Part shown: positions 35,898 to 44,994 of the stretch, piece after piece | How the letters are laid out: each line of letters opens with the position of its first letter | How positions within the stretch are numbered: position 1 is the first letter of the stretch | Notes under the pieces: generated by a model | What the model was told of the DNA's origin: nothing | Databases searched by the model: none | Seen by the model: the letters and a program-made list of their open reading frames with translations, nothing else | Translations under genes and position numbers: made by a program | From: a virus | Lineage: Duplodnaviria; Caudoviricetes | DNA: 50,512 nucleotides | Virus record (IMG/VR): IMGVR_UViG_3300038365_000119 | Span: 1 to 50,512 of that record | Strand: one strand, 5' to 3'

Positions 35898-36668
35898 TTA
35901 TTTTTTCCCTCTCTGCAAATACTCTTGAACGAACGCGATATAGTCCATTGCGGCCCCGCTCCGGCGGCTGTATTCTACAATCGGGGTCTTTGCAAAGGTG
36001 CTTTCGGTGACTTTCTCCGAATAGCGAATGTGCGTATCAAAAACCGGGTATTGCGGCTGGGCTTTCAACCATTCTTCACCCTGCCGGTCCGCGTCCGTCC
36101 TCTGAAAGCATGTAATCAGGCACCCCGCCAGCCGCAAGCGCGGGTTCAGGTCGTCCCGCGTGTTTTCAATCTGTTCTTTCAGTTCCGAAAGGCCGTCAAA
36201 GGCGTATTCGTCGATTTTGATGGGAATTATCACGTCATCGGACGCGACAAGCGCGTTGATCGTCGAAATGTTGATGTCCGGGGCGTTGTCGATGATGCAG
36301 AAGTCGTATTCACCCGCTACGGGGTTCAGCGCGTCCCGTAAGCGTGTTTGCTGGGGCCGGGCGCTGTCCATCATCACTTCCAGATTTGCCCGAATCAAGG
36401 TCATGTTCGCGGGCAAAACGTCTATGTTTTCATACCGGGTATGTTTTATGACTTCGTGCGGGTCAATCCGGCGGGCGGTCAAAACATCTGAAATGCTTTT
36501 GTCATCGTAAGAATGAACCCCGAACGCTTTTGACGTGTTACCCTGTTTGTCATTGTCCGCAAGCAAAACCCGCTTTTTGTAGAAAACCGCGAGAATATGC
36601 GCCATGCTCCCAGCGGTCAGGGTCTTTGCAACGCCGCCTTTCAGGTTGATAACTGATATTGTTTTCAT
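35898..36668 (-). CDS. parA: ParA/Soj-family ATPase
   Basis: INLKGGVAKT deviant Walker A, DNDKQGN, IIDNAP. Confidence 0.9.
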   Translation of the reverse strand: MKTISVINLKGGVAKTLTAGSMAHILAVFYKKRVLLADNDKQGNTSKAFGVHSYDDKSISDVLTARRIDPHEVIKHTRYENIDVLPANMTLIRANLEVMMDSARPQQTRLRDALNPVAGEYDFCIIDNAPDINISTINALVASDDVIIPIKIDEYAFDGLSELKEQIENTRDDLNPRLRLAGCLITCFQRTDADRQGEEWLKAQPQYPVFDTHIRYSEKVTESTFAKTPIVEYSRRSGAAMDYIAFVQEYLQRGKK

Positions 36669-36712
36669 CGTGCAAACCTCCTTGTTTTTTGTTGACCCGC
36701 TCGACGGCGGGG

Positions 36713-36937
36713 TTATTCCTGCGTGAACCTTATCCGAATTTCCTTTGCCATTTCCTCTGGGAACTCAATAGGGGAGTACACCCCGGAACGGTCCAATTCG
36801 AAACGGAATTCAACCTTTCCCGCTCGGACGTAATGAACGCAAGCAATGTCCGTGATCGTGTGAACCCGGCCTTGTGTATCCCTCAATTTGTCGCCGATCT
36901 CAACTGGGCAAAAGGCGTTAAACTGTGATTTTCTCAT
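36713..36937 (-). CDS. Hypothetical protein
   Basis: 74-aa ORF with GGAGG RBS. Confidence 0.6.
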   Translation of the reverse strand: MRKSQFNAFCPVEIGDKLRDTQGRVHTITDIACVHYVRAGKVEFRFELDRSGVYSPIEFPEEMAKEIRIRFTQE

Positions 36938-37088
36938 TTCCGTTTACCTCCAGCAATTTTTTCTAAAGCCGCCGCAATCCCGTTCAGGGTCCATGCCACC
37001 GCGGAATACACGGCTTGACCCGGTTTCGATTGAAGCACCGCCGCTTTGAACTCCGCCAGCGCGCGGTTCAGGTCGTTCCGCTCGTTTT

Positions 37089-37274
37089 TCATTGGCTGTT
37101 GTGATTCCTCTCTTTTCTTGTAAACACCTTTGCAAATAGGCTTCTCGGTTTTCCCTCTTTTTCAAGATAGCATTTATCGCAATAGCTGTATTCCGGGTAC
37201 GTCATGCGCTTCATGGCCCATTCCGGGATTGAGTATGTCGCGTGGCATTTCAGGCAAAAAAGATGAAATCGCAT
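37089..37274 (-). CDS. Small putative zinc-binding protein
   Basis: CLKC...CDKC. Confidence 0.5.
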   Translation of the reverse strand: MRFHLFCLKCHATYSIPEWAMKRMTYPEYSYCDKCYLEKEGKPRSLFAKVFTRKERNHNSQ

Positions 37275-37277
37275 AAT

Positions 37278-37990
37278 TTATTTGCCCTCCATTTCTGTCC
37301 GCAAATCCTCTTTGATGTAATAATTCCGCTTGTACTCCCTGCAAAGTCGCTCCGCTTTCTCTCCGAACTCGGCCCATCTGATTTCAGACGGCGCATAGTT
37401 CAGCTTTCCAATTTTGAAAAGGTCGATCGCGTCAGAACTCCGAATGCACGTATAAACCATTTCGGGATTGTAGACGGGTTCAAAGCTTACCCATGTTTGA
37501 ATATTTCGGGCATGTGCGGCCTTTATGGTCGCGTACCGCTCCGATGATACCGCCGCGCGCGGTTCCTTGCTGTCCTCTCCCGTCAGTGTGACCCCGAACC
37601 AGTCGCCCGGACCTAACAAATCAAAATCCCGTTCGGCGCGGAATCCGCCTTTTGTAAGAATCTGAACGTTATTGCCGCTGTCTTTGATCGCCTGAATGAC
37701 CGCCCGCGTCGGTGACGTGTCAATGTCTGCGGGGTAAGGGTCGCACATGAAGCAAAGGTGAATCAGCTTCCCGGTGATCTTCTCCCGCTGTAACTGCCGC
37801 TGTACGGCTTCGACAATTTCGGGGCGGGCCGTGGGCTGTTGAATGTGCAAATACAGTCTTTCGCCGTGTACCTCTCCCGCATTTTCCGGGCGTAACAGTA
37901 GAAACAACCGTGATTGCACCCGGTATAAATGTTGATGGCATAGTCCCCGTATTCACGGGCGCGGCCTTTCGGCTTATAGATCGGTTTCAT
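37278..37990 (-). pseudogene. Radical SAM protein split by a 1-nt frameshift near 37825
   Basis: N-half has NIYTGCNHGCFYCYA (CxxxCxxC); C-half has CDPYP, QILTKG, TWVSFEPV, KIGKLN in another frame. Confidence 0.75.
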
Positions 37991-37992
37991 GC

Positions 37993-38247
37993 TCACCCCT
38001 CCAATTTCTCCCCGCAATGCGGGCAATGTGTCCACCGCTCTGAATAATAATGACCGTTCACTGTGTGGCCATGCCGTTTCAGTTTCTTTGAATAGCGGCG
38101 GAAAGCAAAACAGCTACTTCCTATTCCATTCGGGGCAATTCTCGGTTCCATGCCATCAACGACGTTTTCCGCTATCCCTGCATCAACAATCCTTTCAAAG
38201 CAACGGTTCGGGCAAGCCGGTATATATATGCCCTTATAATTCCGCAT
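37993..38247 (-). CDS. Small Zn-ribbon protein
   Basis: ACPNRC...WTHCPHCGEKL. Confidence 0.55.
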   Translation of the reverse strand: MRNYKGIYIPACPNRCFERIVDAGIAENVVDGMEPRIAPNGIGSSCFAFRRYSKKLKRHGHTVNGHYYSERWTHCPHCGEKLEG

Positions 38248-38261
38248 TCTCAAAGCTCCTT

Positions 38262-38816
38262 TCAAACCCATTTTTTCAAAGCGTCATAAAGCATGTACGC
38301 TAAATCCTCATAACTGATTTCCCGGTGTTCGCATTCCCGTTTTACGATCATGTGACGGCTTTCCGGGTAAAACACGATTATTCCGATTCCCGGTGGGGTC
38401 AGGCTTTCGATCTTGTCGTAAATCTCAATCGGGACCGCGTAATAATTCCGGTTTCCGTGAAAGTTGTGCCCGTTTTCGCTTTTGAAGTCCGAAACGGTTA
38501 TTTTCACTTCAAAGCATGTCGTCAAAATTCCCAATTCATAAACGTGCTTGTGGTGTACGCAACCGCGGCATTCGTCGCACGGAAAAGCCTTTCCCGGAAT
38601 TTTACATGGTTGCGGGGGAATGAACTTCGTTGACGGGTGTTCGCGGGAACAATAACTTTCGTTGTTCGCTATGTAATCTTCAAAGCGGATAACATCGACG
38701 AACCCGGTTGGGGTTCTCACTTCCTCCGCCCAGCGTATGGTCCGCATACTGCTATTCATAGCTGGGCGGAAGTAGTGAAGCCGCTTTTTGATTGCCTTTG
38801 TCAGTTCCGTTTCCAT
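38262..38816 (-). CDS. Putative PD-(D/E)XK nuclease-like protein
   Basis: EEV..GFVDVI..CFEVKITVSDFKS..GNRNYYAVP. Confidence 0.55.
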   Translation of the reverse strand: METELTKAIKKRLHYFRPAMNSSMRTIRWAEEVRTPTGFVDVIRFEDYIANNESYCSREHPSTKFIPPQPCKIPGKAFPCDECRGCVHHKHVYELGILTTCFEVKITVSDFKSENGHNFHGNRNYYAVPIEIYDKIESLTPPGIGIIVFYPESRHMIVKRECEHREISYEDLAYMLYDALKKWV

Positions 38817-38825
38817 GTGCCGCCC

Positions 38826-39290
38826 TCATTTCCTGCGGCGCTTTTCCTTGCGCTTCTGCGGCGGCGGGGAAGAGGGGGACGGCTCCGGCGGAATAACTTC
38901 TTCCGAAATCACTTCGATTTCTTCAACGTCCGCCGGTTCAAAGCACAACGCGCAATCGGAACTATATGTGCCTGCGGCCCAATCCTTTTTGAAGCTTTCA
39001 AGGTCGTTTTTATACTGCGGGAACGGGTGGACCTGCTCGGAATAGTAAATCGCCATCATTATGCGTTCGTCGTCTGTCGGCTCCCAATTATGCAAATGGT
39101 AGCTTTCGTGATGGTCATAGCTCCAAAGGGAAAGAAGAACGGTCAATCCGTCGAACTGCTCGTTTGCCCGCTGTATGTTTTCAAAATCCCGGTACACCAT
39201 GCCTTGACCCTTGTACCGCTCCCGGATTTCTTCAATGCTCTTGCCGCCCGTTTTAAGGCGGCATTTTACGATTTTAGGTTGATAAGTCAT
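38826..39290 (-). CDS. Hypothetical protein
   Basis: 154-aa ORF in the operon. Confidence 0.6.
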   Translation of the reverse strand: MTYQPKIVKCRLKTGGKSIEEIRERYKGQGMVYRDFENIQRANEQFDGLTVLLSLWSYDHHESYHLHNWEPTDDERIMMAIYYSEQVHPFPQYKNDLESFKKDWAAGTYSSDCALCFEPADVEEIEVISEEVIPPEPSPSSPPPQKRKEKRRRK

Positions 39291-39308
39291 GTATTTTCAC
39301 CCTCATTT

Positions 39309-39842
39309 TTATACTTCATTGCCCCAACTTTCCCATCCCGGTCTTGTGTTGCGGGCAAAGAGTTCTATTTTTCTCGCGTCCGGAAACATGTCCTCCAACA
39401 TCAGATAAGCGCATTCCGGCTTTTTACTATGCGTCGTTGAACGTTCCCTCATGACCGTTGTATATTTTCCGCGGGTTTCTGATCTCGGTAAAAGGATTCT
39501 GCCTTTTTTGTAAAACCACAATAAGTATTCATGCGAAAATCTCACCGTGAAAGCTGGTGCGATTCCGTTTCCTTTGTCCCAAATAAACCGCGCATGGAGA
39601 GCGTAACCCATCCGTTTCATCTCTGCTTCTGCATCAAAAAGGAACTTGTCTATTGTCCACATGAAAACATTGTGCTTTTCTGCCGCTAAATTGAAAAAAG
39701 GCTTTTGTATGGAGAATATTTCCGTCAATCCAAGTGTTGGATAATCTAAGACTTTCCCTTGCCGCGGTCTGCATTTTCTTGTTCCGCCTTTTGTTTGCTT
39801 CCACGGTGGGTCGGTATAAATAATTCCGAAACCGCTATTCAT
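39309..39842 (-). CDS. MT-A70-family adenine methyltransferase
   Basis: IIYTDPPW, FMWT, HSKKPE, KIELFAR..GWESWGNE. Confidence 0.88.
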   Translation of the reverse strand: MNSGFGIIYTDPPWKQTKGGTRKCRPRQGKVLDYPTLGLTEIFSIQKPFFNLAAEKHNVFMWTIDKFLFDAEAEMKRMGYALHARFIWDKGNGIAPAFTVRFSHEYLLWFYKKGRILLPRSETRGKYTTVMRERSTTHSKKPECAYLMLEDMFPDARKIELFARNTRPGWESWGNEV

Positions 39843-40267
39843 TTCTCTTCTTTCCATTCCCACCAGCCCTGTTGACCGCGGGCCGGAATCGGGTTTTCAA
39901 ACATGATCGGATTTTTCAAAATCCATGCGAACCGTCCCGGTGAATAGTCGCCCAGCAACCGTTCCCGCTCGGTCAGCCTGTTTATAACCTCTTCAACCGG
40001 GACGCACCCGACAATTTCAACCGTGCCGATTACTGCGCCGTAGTCAAGGCGTGCGGCTCTGTCCCCGGTTCCTTGATACTCCGACAACATCTTTTCTATC
40101 TGCGGCATGGTCCCATTTTCAAGAATTCCCGTGCGCCACGCATCACGCTTCCCAGCGTGAACAGCGACGCGGCCCCGAATGTTCGTCTGCCGCGGGCGTG
40201 TTTCGTGGGGCTTTATTCCTGCGACAATTGCAAATGCAAAGGGCTGATAAACAGTAAATGCTTTCAA
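39839..40267 (-). CDS. ASCH-domain protein
   Basis: TVYQPFAFAIVAGIKPHETR..RGRVAVHAG..GAVIGTVEI..PIPARGQQGWW. Confidence 0.85.
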   Translation of the reverse strand: MKAFTVYQPFAFAIVAGIKPHETRPRQTNIRGRVAVHAGKRDAWRTGILENGTMPQIEKMLSEYQGTGDRAARLDYGAVIGTVEIVGCVPVEEVINRLTERERLLGDYSPGRFAWILKNPIMFENPIPARGQQGWWEWKEEK

Positions 40268-40721
40268 GCTGATCCCTCCTTTTTTCCGTTATAGACGACA
40301 ACCATAGACGGGAACGGGGCGGGGGCGTATACGTTGCCCGCTTCATCTGTGAATTTCAGCCTCCCGCGAATAAAGCGAATTTCCGCGCGCCCGTATATGT
40401 AGTCATGAAAGTATGCCGTGTCTGTTCGTGCCGGTAGAAGCAAAACAACGGTCGTCCCGTTCCGGGATTCTTCGTATGCCTTGCGAACCCATTTCCCGAT
40501 CTCGCGCCCGTATGGAGGATTGCAAAACACCGTACCCCCCCCGCAAGGTTCCACGGTTTATTCAGCCCGTCCGTTTCTTTCGTGTAATATTCCGGGCATT
40601 TTGCATTCCGGCACGTTGCCGCCGCGTCAAGCGTAAAATGAAATTCAGCGTTCAGACGGTCGAAAAAGTCCTGCGGCGTACACCATTCCATGTTTTTACT
40701 GCTTAAAAGGGCTTCATTCAT
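40264..40721 (-). pseudogene. Phage Dam-like N6-adenine methyltransferase, frameshifted in a G8 tract
   Basis: EWCTPQDFFDRLNAEFHFTLDAAA in one frame, VFCNPPYG..LLLPARTDT..RGRLKF in another; break at C8 (plus) 40535-40542. Confidence 0.8.
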
Positions 40722-40960
40722 TCTTCGTCACCGTCCCGCTCGCCGCTGTCCGCCGCCTGTTTCATCATCATTTCAATATCTTCTTTGCTTGCCCGCTCGA
40801 TCTGAAAATGCCACCTGTCGCCGATTCTGTAAGCGTCAATGTGCTTTGTCGGCCTGATTGCTTTTATCAACTCCGCCGTCTGATTCAGTATCAGAGCCGC
40901 CGCAAGGGTGAACCCCAGCCAAATCCAAAAGCTTGAAAAAATGAACCTGATAAACTCCAC
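40718..40960 (-). CDS. Small membrane protein
   Basis: GTG start, EFIRFIFSSFWIWLGFTLAAALIL TM segment. Confidence 0.55.
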   Translation of the reverse strand: MEFIRFIFSSFWIWLGFTLAAALILNQTAELIKAIRPTKHIDAYRIGDRWHFQIERASKEDIEMMMKQAADSGERDGDEE

Positions 40961-40962
40961 CG

Positions 40963-41190
40963 TTATTTCCTCCCCTCCAACCTGTCGGCAATGTTCAAAA
41001 TTCCCGTCATGGCTTCTTTGATATTTCCGTCTGTTTCCGCTGTGATCGAAAGCACCCGCGCAATATCCCGCAAACCCTCCGCCGCTTTGACCTCTTCCGG
41101 GGACGCGCCCGCGGCTTTCATGCAATCCGGGCATATTGGCATTCCCTCCGCGGTCGGTCCTCCGCACCGCTCACATTTTTTGAGCGTCAC
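40963..41190 (-). CDS. Small Zn-finger protein
   Basis: CERCG...ICPDC. Confidence 0.55.
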   Translation of the reverse strand: MTLKKCERCGGPTAEGMPICPDCMKAAGASPEEVKAAEGLRDIARVLSITAETDGNIKEAMTGILNIADRLEGRK

Positions 41191-41205
41191 CGTCGCCGCC
41201 CCCTT

Positions 41206-41883
41206 TCAAAACAATTTTTCTTTTGACTGATTCACAAGGTCGATAAACCGAATTTGCGCCATTTCCGCCGCCAGCCGCCCGTCCGCCTTTTTGAACTGCA
41301 CTTCGTCGATCTCAAATCCCAAGAAGTCAAAGCCCATTTCATAACAGGCAATTAAACTGCTTGCACTCCCTGCGTGAGTATCAAGAATCCTGTCGCCGGG
41401 CTGGGCGTAGTTTGAAAGCGTCCACCGATAGAGCTTTACCGGCTTCTGCGCCGGGCTGATCGTGTCGCCGTCCCGCTGTAACTCCGCCCTGTTGATGACG
41501 ACAACGCGCGTCGGACGGTCGAAAGACGTATAGGCAAGTTCGCAATCGCTCATTGAAAGGCCGTGTTGTCCTTTATCCCATACAATCCAGCCTTTCGTCC
41601 CCTTGTCCAGCATGGGGGCGAAATAATTCCCGCCCCATATAATTTGATTGACTGAAACCCGCTCCAACTCTCTGAAATATTCCGGTGGCGGCGTTTGTTC
41701 GTCCCAGCCTCTGAATTCGTGATATTTCCGGTTATGCTTCGGGTTTTTATGTACCCGGCGGCGTTGCCCATCATGCCCGATTCCGTAAGGCGGGTCACAT
41801 ATGGCAAGCTGAAAGTATTTGTCCGGGATTTCTTTCATTGCTTCCATGCAGTCAAGGTTATACAGGCGGTTCAGTTTGAACAT
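41206..41883 (-). CDS. N4/N6 DNA methyltransferase (beta class)
   Basis: DCMEAM, AICDPPYG, QKPVKLY, ILDTHAGSASS, GFEID. Confidence 0.88.
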   Translation of the reverse strand: MFKLNRLYNLDCMEAMKEIPDKYFQLAICDPPYGIGHDGQRRRVHKNPKHNRKYHEFRGWDEQTPPPEYFRELERVSVNQIIWGGNYFAPMLDKGTKGWIVWDKGQHGLSMSDCELAYTSFDRPTRVVVINRAELQRDGDTISPAQKPVKLYRWTLSNYAQPGDRILDTHAGSASSLIACYEMGFDFLGFEIDEVQFKKADGRLAAEMAQIRFIDLVNQSKEKLF

Positions 41884-41885
41884 GC

Positions 41886-42047
41886 TTATTCGCTCTTCCC
41901 TCGGAGTTGTAGCATTTTCTCTCGGACAAGCTTGTCAACTACTCTTCCGGGCGCTTTTAGCCCGCTGATCTGAACCAGCTTGTCAAGGTTGAATGCCGTC
42001 TGCGGCGTGACCCGGACCGTCACTTTCAGATTGTGCTTTTTCTTCAT
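41886..42047 (-). CDS. Small RHH-like protein
   Basis: LKVTVRVTPQTAFNLDKL..GRVVDKLV. Confidence 0.5.
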   Translation of the reverse strand: MKKKHNLKVTVRVTPQTAFNLDKLVQISGLKAPGRVVDKLVREKMLQLRGKSE

Positions 42048-42627
42048 GCTTACCGCCCTCCTTTTTGTTTTTGAGTTCTTCCGCGGCAAATAGAACAATG
42101 GAAGCCGCCGAAATGTGAACGTAATCAAGGAACATAACCGCTCCCGTGAAGCGTACCCGGAATTTCTCAACGTCCGCGGCGGTCACGTATTGCCGCCCGA
42201 AATGGCGCTTCATTTCCCGCCATGCCTCCCACGGGATAAAGAAAAACTTGTCCTGAATTCCGATACAGACCGCGGCAACCGCTCCGCATCGGGCGTGATC
42301 TTCCAGATCGTCCATTTGCTCACCCGTGAGAACGCCGCGCTTCATGCGGTCCGTGGTCGTGTACTTCGCTTCAAACACGATTGAGCGCCCGCCGTCAAGC
42401 GTCCCCTGATAGTCCGGCTGGGCTGGAGCGGTGAACCACCCCGTGAAAGTCCCGTCCGGGTGCTTCGTCTTGACCCTGAACGCTTCGGGGGTTTTGTCGA
42501 TCTTCGCCCGGCCCCGATCCCGATACGCAACGCAAGCGGCTTTTATGTTATCCTCGAAAATATGCCCCTGCGCGTTGTTTACGGTGTTTTGCCACCTCTG
42601 GCGGGCGCTCCGCTGGTCTATCTGCAC
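41983..42627 (-). CDS. recU: RecU-like Holliday junction resolvase
   Basis: GHIFED, KIDKTPE, AQPDYQGTLDGGRSIVFEAKYT. Confidence 0.8.
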   Translation of the reverse strand: MQIDQRSARQRWQNTVNNAQGHIFEDNIKAACVAYRDRGRAKIDKTPEAFRVKTKHPDGTFTGWFTAPAQPDYQGTLDGGRSIVFEAKYTTTDRMKRGVLTGEQMDDLEDHARCGAVAAVCIGIQDKFFFIPWEAWREMKRHFGRQYVTAADVEKFRVRFTGAVMFLDYVHISAASIVLFAAEELKNKKEGGKHEEKAQSESDGPGHAADGIQP

Positions 42628-42863
42628 GTTTCATCACCCCCGAAATGCTCATAATCGTAAAGTCTGCTAAGGACAAGTTCGATTCCCCGGCGTGGGAATG
42701 CTTCGCCGTTTTCCCGTCGGATTGTGAACCGCTCGCCGGGGTGCCGCTGATCTTCCAGTTGACAAAGGCGTTCAATCACCGAACCATAATCGCCGCTGTG
42801 CGTGACCTCCCCGGACGGTAACATGCGCGTTATTGAACCGCTCGCGGTGGGTAAGCTGTTCAT
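42618..42863 (-). CDS. Hypothetical protein
   Basis: 81-aa ORF overlapping both neighbours. Confidence 0.5.
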   Translation of the reverse strand: MNSLPTASGSITRMLPSGEVTHSGDYGSVIERLCQLEDQRHPGERFTIRRENGEAFPRRGIELVLSRLYDYEHFGGDETCR

Positions 42864-43408
42864 TCGCTCGCCCCGCTCTCGATCATCTTCCGGCGGGTGT
42901 GCCTGTCCATGCCCTCCATCATTGCCGCAAGCTTCAAGGCTTCTTCCATACTCATTTCCGGCTGGTCCGGGACAAGCCCGGCTTTATCCGACGGCGGGAA
43001 AATCCTGTTTTTGTTTACGAACGCCGTATAAAAGCGTTCAAGCTCGGATTTCATAGCCGCGTTGAAGAATTCAAAGCTGATTTCGATTTCCAGCCGTTCC
43101 GCCGCTGTGCATTCAGTCCCTACTTTCTTTCGGGTCCTTCCCGTGTTGGCTCCGACGCACCCCGCGGCGCATTTACCGGTAATCGAATAGATCACTTGCA
43201 GAATAAGCCGCCTTTCAAGCTCGGTTTTGTACCTGAACCACGCCAATTCTTCCCGCTCGGCTGAAATATCCTCTTCGGTGATGTTGTAACGGGTCATCAG
43301 CGCTTCAAGCAGGGCGGCGGCGGAATCCTTTTCACCGTCCACGCCGCGCTCTGCCAAAGCCTGAACCCGCTTGATCTTCTGCAAAAGCCGTTCCCGCTCC
43401 GCTGTCAT
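42860..43408 (-). CDS. DUF2786-like protein
   Basis: LLQKIKRVQALAERGVDGEKDSAAALLEALMTRYNI. Confidence 0.7.
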   Translation of the reverse strand: MTAERERLLQKIKRVQALAERGVDGEKDSAAALLEALMTRYNITEEDISAEREELAWFRYKTELERRLILQVIYSITGKCAAGCVGANTGRTRKKVGTECTAAERLEIEISFEFFNAAMKSELERFYTAFVNKNRIFPPSDKAGLVPDQPEMSMEEALKLAAMMEGMDRHTRRKMIESGASE

Positions 43409-43421
43409 TCTGTGATGCCTC

Positions 43422-44246
43422 CTATTCTTTCTTTCTCAATTTTAGGTAGATTGACCAGCCTGTTACCGGGTTGTATTCATAGGCCGCGCCGTAATCGTCG
43501 TCCGTCGTCAGGGTCCAGCCGGGGTACTTCTTTTCCCAAAACTCCCGGCCCGGTCGCTCCTTTGCAATTTTTTCAACCTGTCGGCGGGTGTACCGTCCAT
43601 CATTTGCCCGGCTTGTAGGCCGTTCAAGATTCTGCGACGTGGAATACCGCTTTTTCCCTCCGGGTTGCTTCGCAAGGTAGTTGCATAGGGCGGCAATTCC
43701 GTTTTCGTCCGATTGTAGGCGGTCGGCGTTGATATACCCGATTTTGTCGCCTTTCTTCTGTCCTTTCCGTTTTCGCTTGCGCCACAACTCTTCGACGGTG
43801 TTACGGTCAAGCCCGCTGTTCATGATGATGTGATGATGAATTCGGGTCGGCTTCTCGCCTTCCTTGCCTGTGCTGTACGCTGTCACAAGAATGTATTTCA
43901 GGGGCGGCAACCCCTCTTTCTCCCGGCGGTACTGGACCCGGCGCAAGTAGTTTGAAATTTCACGTTCTGCGGCCTCAATGGTCGGAGGAAGATTTTTCGC
44001 GCTGTATGTAGCCGTGACGTGAAGAGCATTTTCATCACTTCCGAAATTCAGGTTCCCAAGCTGTACCAAATACCGCCGGGCGTTCTTGTCGTTCAGGTTT
44101 TTTTGCTTCGGGGCCGATTCTTTGACTTTTTTTGAACGCTTCCCGCGGCGTGAAACTGTAACCTGTTCCGTGGAATACCCGAAAATATCAACCTCCCTGT
44201 ACTGATCGCCGCAATATATCTTCTTTTCTCTCATGAAGCTTCGCAC
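43422..44246 (-). CDS. HUH-superfamily rolling-circle-type replication initiator
   Basis: Motif I HVTATY, motif II RIHHHIIMN, motif III LCNYLAK, then YSTSQNL. Confidence 0.75.
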   Translation of the reverse strand: MRSFMREKKIYCGDQYREVDIFGYSTEQVTVSRRGKRSKKVKESAPKQKNLNDKNARRYLVQLGNLNFGSDENALHVTATYSAKNLPPTIEAAEREISNYLRRVQYRREKEGLPPLKYILVTAYSTGKEGEKPTRIHHHIIMNSGLDRNTVEELWRKRKRKGQKKGDKIGYINADRLQSDENGIAALCNYLAKQPGGKKRYSTSQNLERPTSRANDGRYTRRQVEKIAKERPGREFWEKKYPGWTLTTDDDYGAAYEYNPVTGWSIYLKLRKKE

Positions 44247-44600
44247 TTTGCTTCACCCTCTTTCTGCCGATGATGAAGCGGGCGTGTTCAGCGTCCCAGC
44301 CGTCATTGAAAAACTTGAAATGATTGAAAACAGGGTTTCCAACATTCCAACTTTCCAACAACTTCGCTTTGTGTGAATAGGCAAGGGGGGAAGAGGGTTC
44401 CTATCCTCGCCCCCTCCCTCTTCCCCCCTTGCAATCCCTCCATCACCCTCGGCGGCGAACAAAGAGAAAAAAGAGTACGAAAAGGGAACGGGACCCCCTG
44501 AAAAAATTCCCTGCTTTTCTTCCTGAACGTGACAAGGCTTTTGCTGGAACGATAATACCCATTACAAGCCCGCCACGCCGCTCAAAAACGGCGCTATCTC

Positions 44601-44717
44601 TTGACTTTTCCGCCGCTTTATGATATACTCACGTTAGGTTGATAAGTGATGTATTTTCATCGGCGGAATCCCGCTCCGTGGCTTGCTCTCTCAAAGCAGA
44701 CACGGGGCGGTTTTCTT
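44601..44717 (+). ncRNA. Putative ~80-nt antisense RNA with its promoter, upstream of rep
   Basis: TTGACT (44601), 17 bp, TG-a-TATACT (44624); hairpin 44671-44710 followed by ttttctt; opposite to the early operon. Confidence 0.55.
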
Positions 44718-44744
44718 ATGCCCTTTTCAAGTTGCGTCCGGCGG

Positions 44745-44939
44745 CTATTCCAATGTGCGGCGTGCCCGGTCCTCAATCCTGATTTCCTCCGCGTCGCTTT
44801 TTGCGGAAAGCAGGGAGGCAACTGCCGCACCCAGCGCCTCGCCCCAAATATCCACCGGGTAATCCTCCAGCGCGTTCAAGATCGTGTCGCGTAATTCCTC
44901 GACGGCCTCCGCCCGGCCCGTCTGCATATCCTGTCCCAT
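44745..44939 (-). CDS. Hypothetical protein
   Basis: Short ORF with RBS after DGR target 2. Confidence 0.45.
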   Translation of the reverse strand: MGQDMQTGRAEAVEELRDTILNALEDYPVDIWGEALGAAVASLLSAKSDAEEIRIEDRARRTLE

Positions 44940-44957
44940 TTCGTTTTCACCCCTTTC

Positions 44958-44979
44958 CGGACGGGCTTTCGCCCGTCCG
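44958..44979 (-). promoter_or_regulatory. DGR target-recognition hairpin after VR2
   Basis: Minus strand cggacgggc-GAAA-gcccgtccg, same context as the VR1 hairpin. Confidence 0.75.
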
Positions 44980-44994
44980 TCAGTCATTCGGTTA

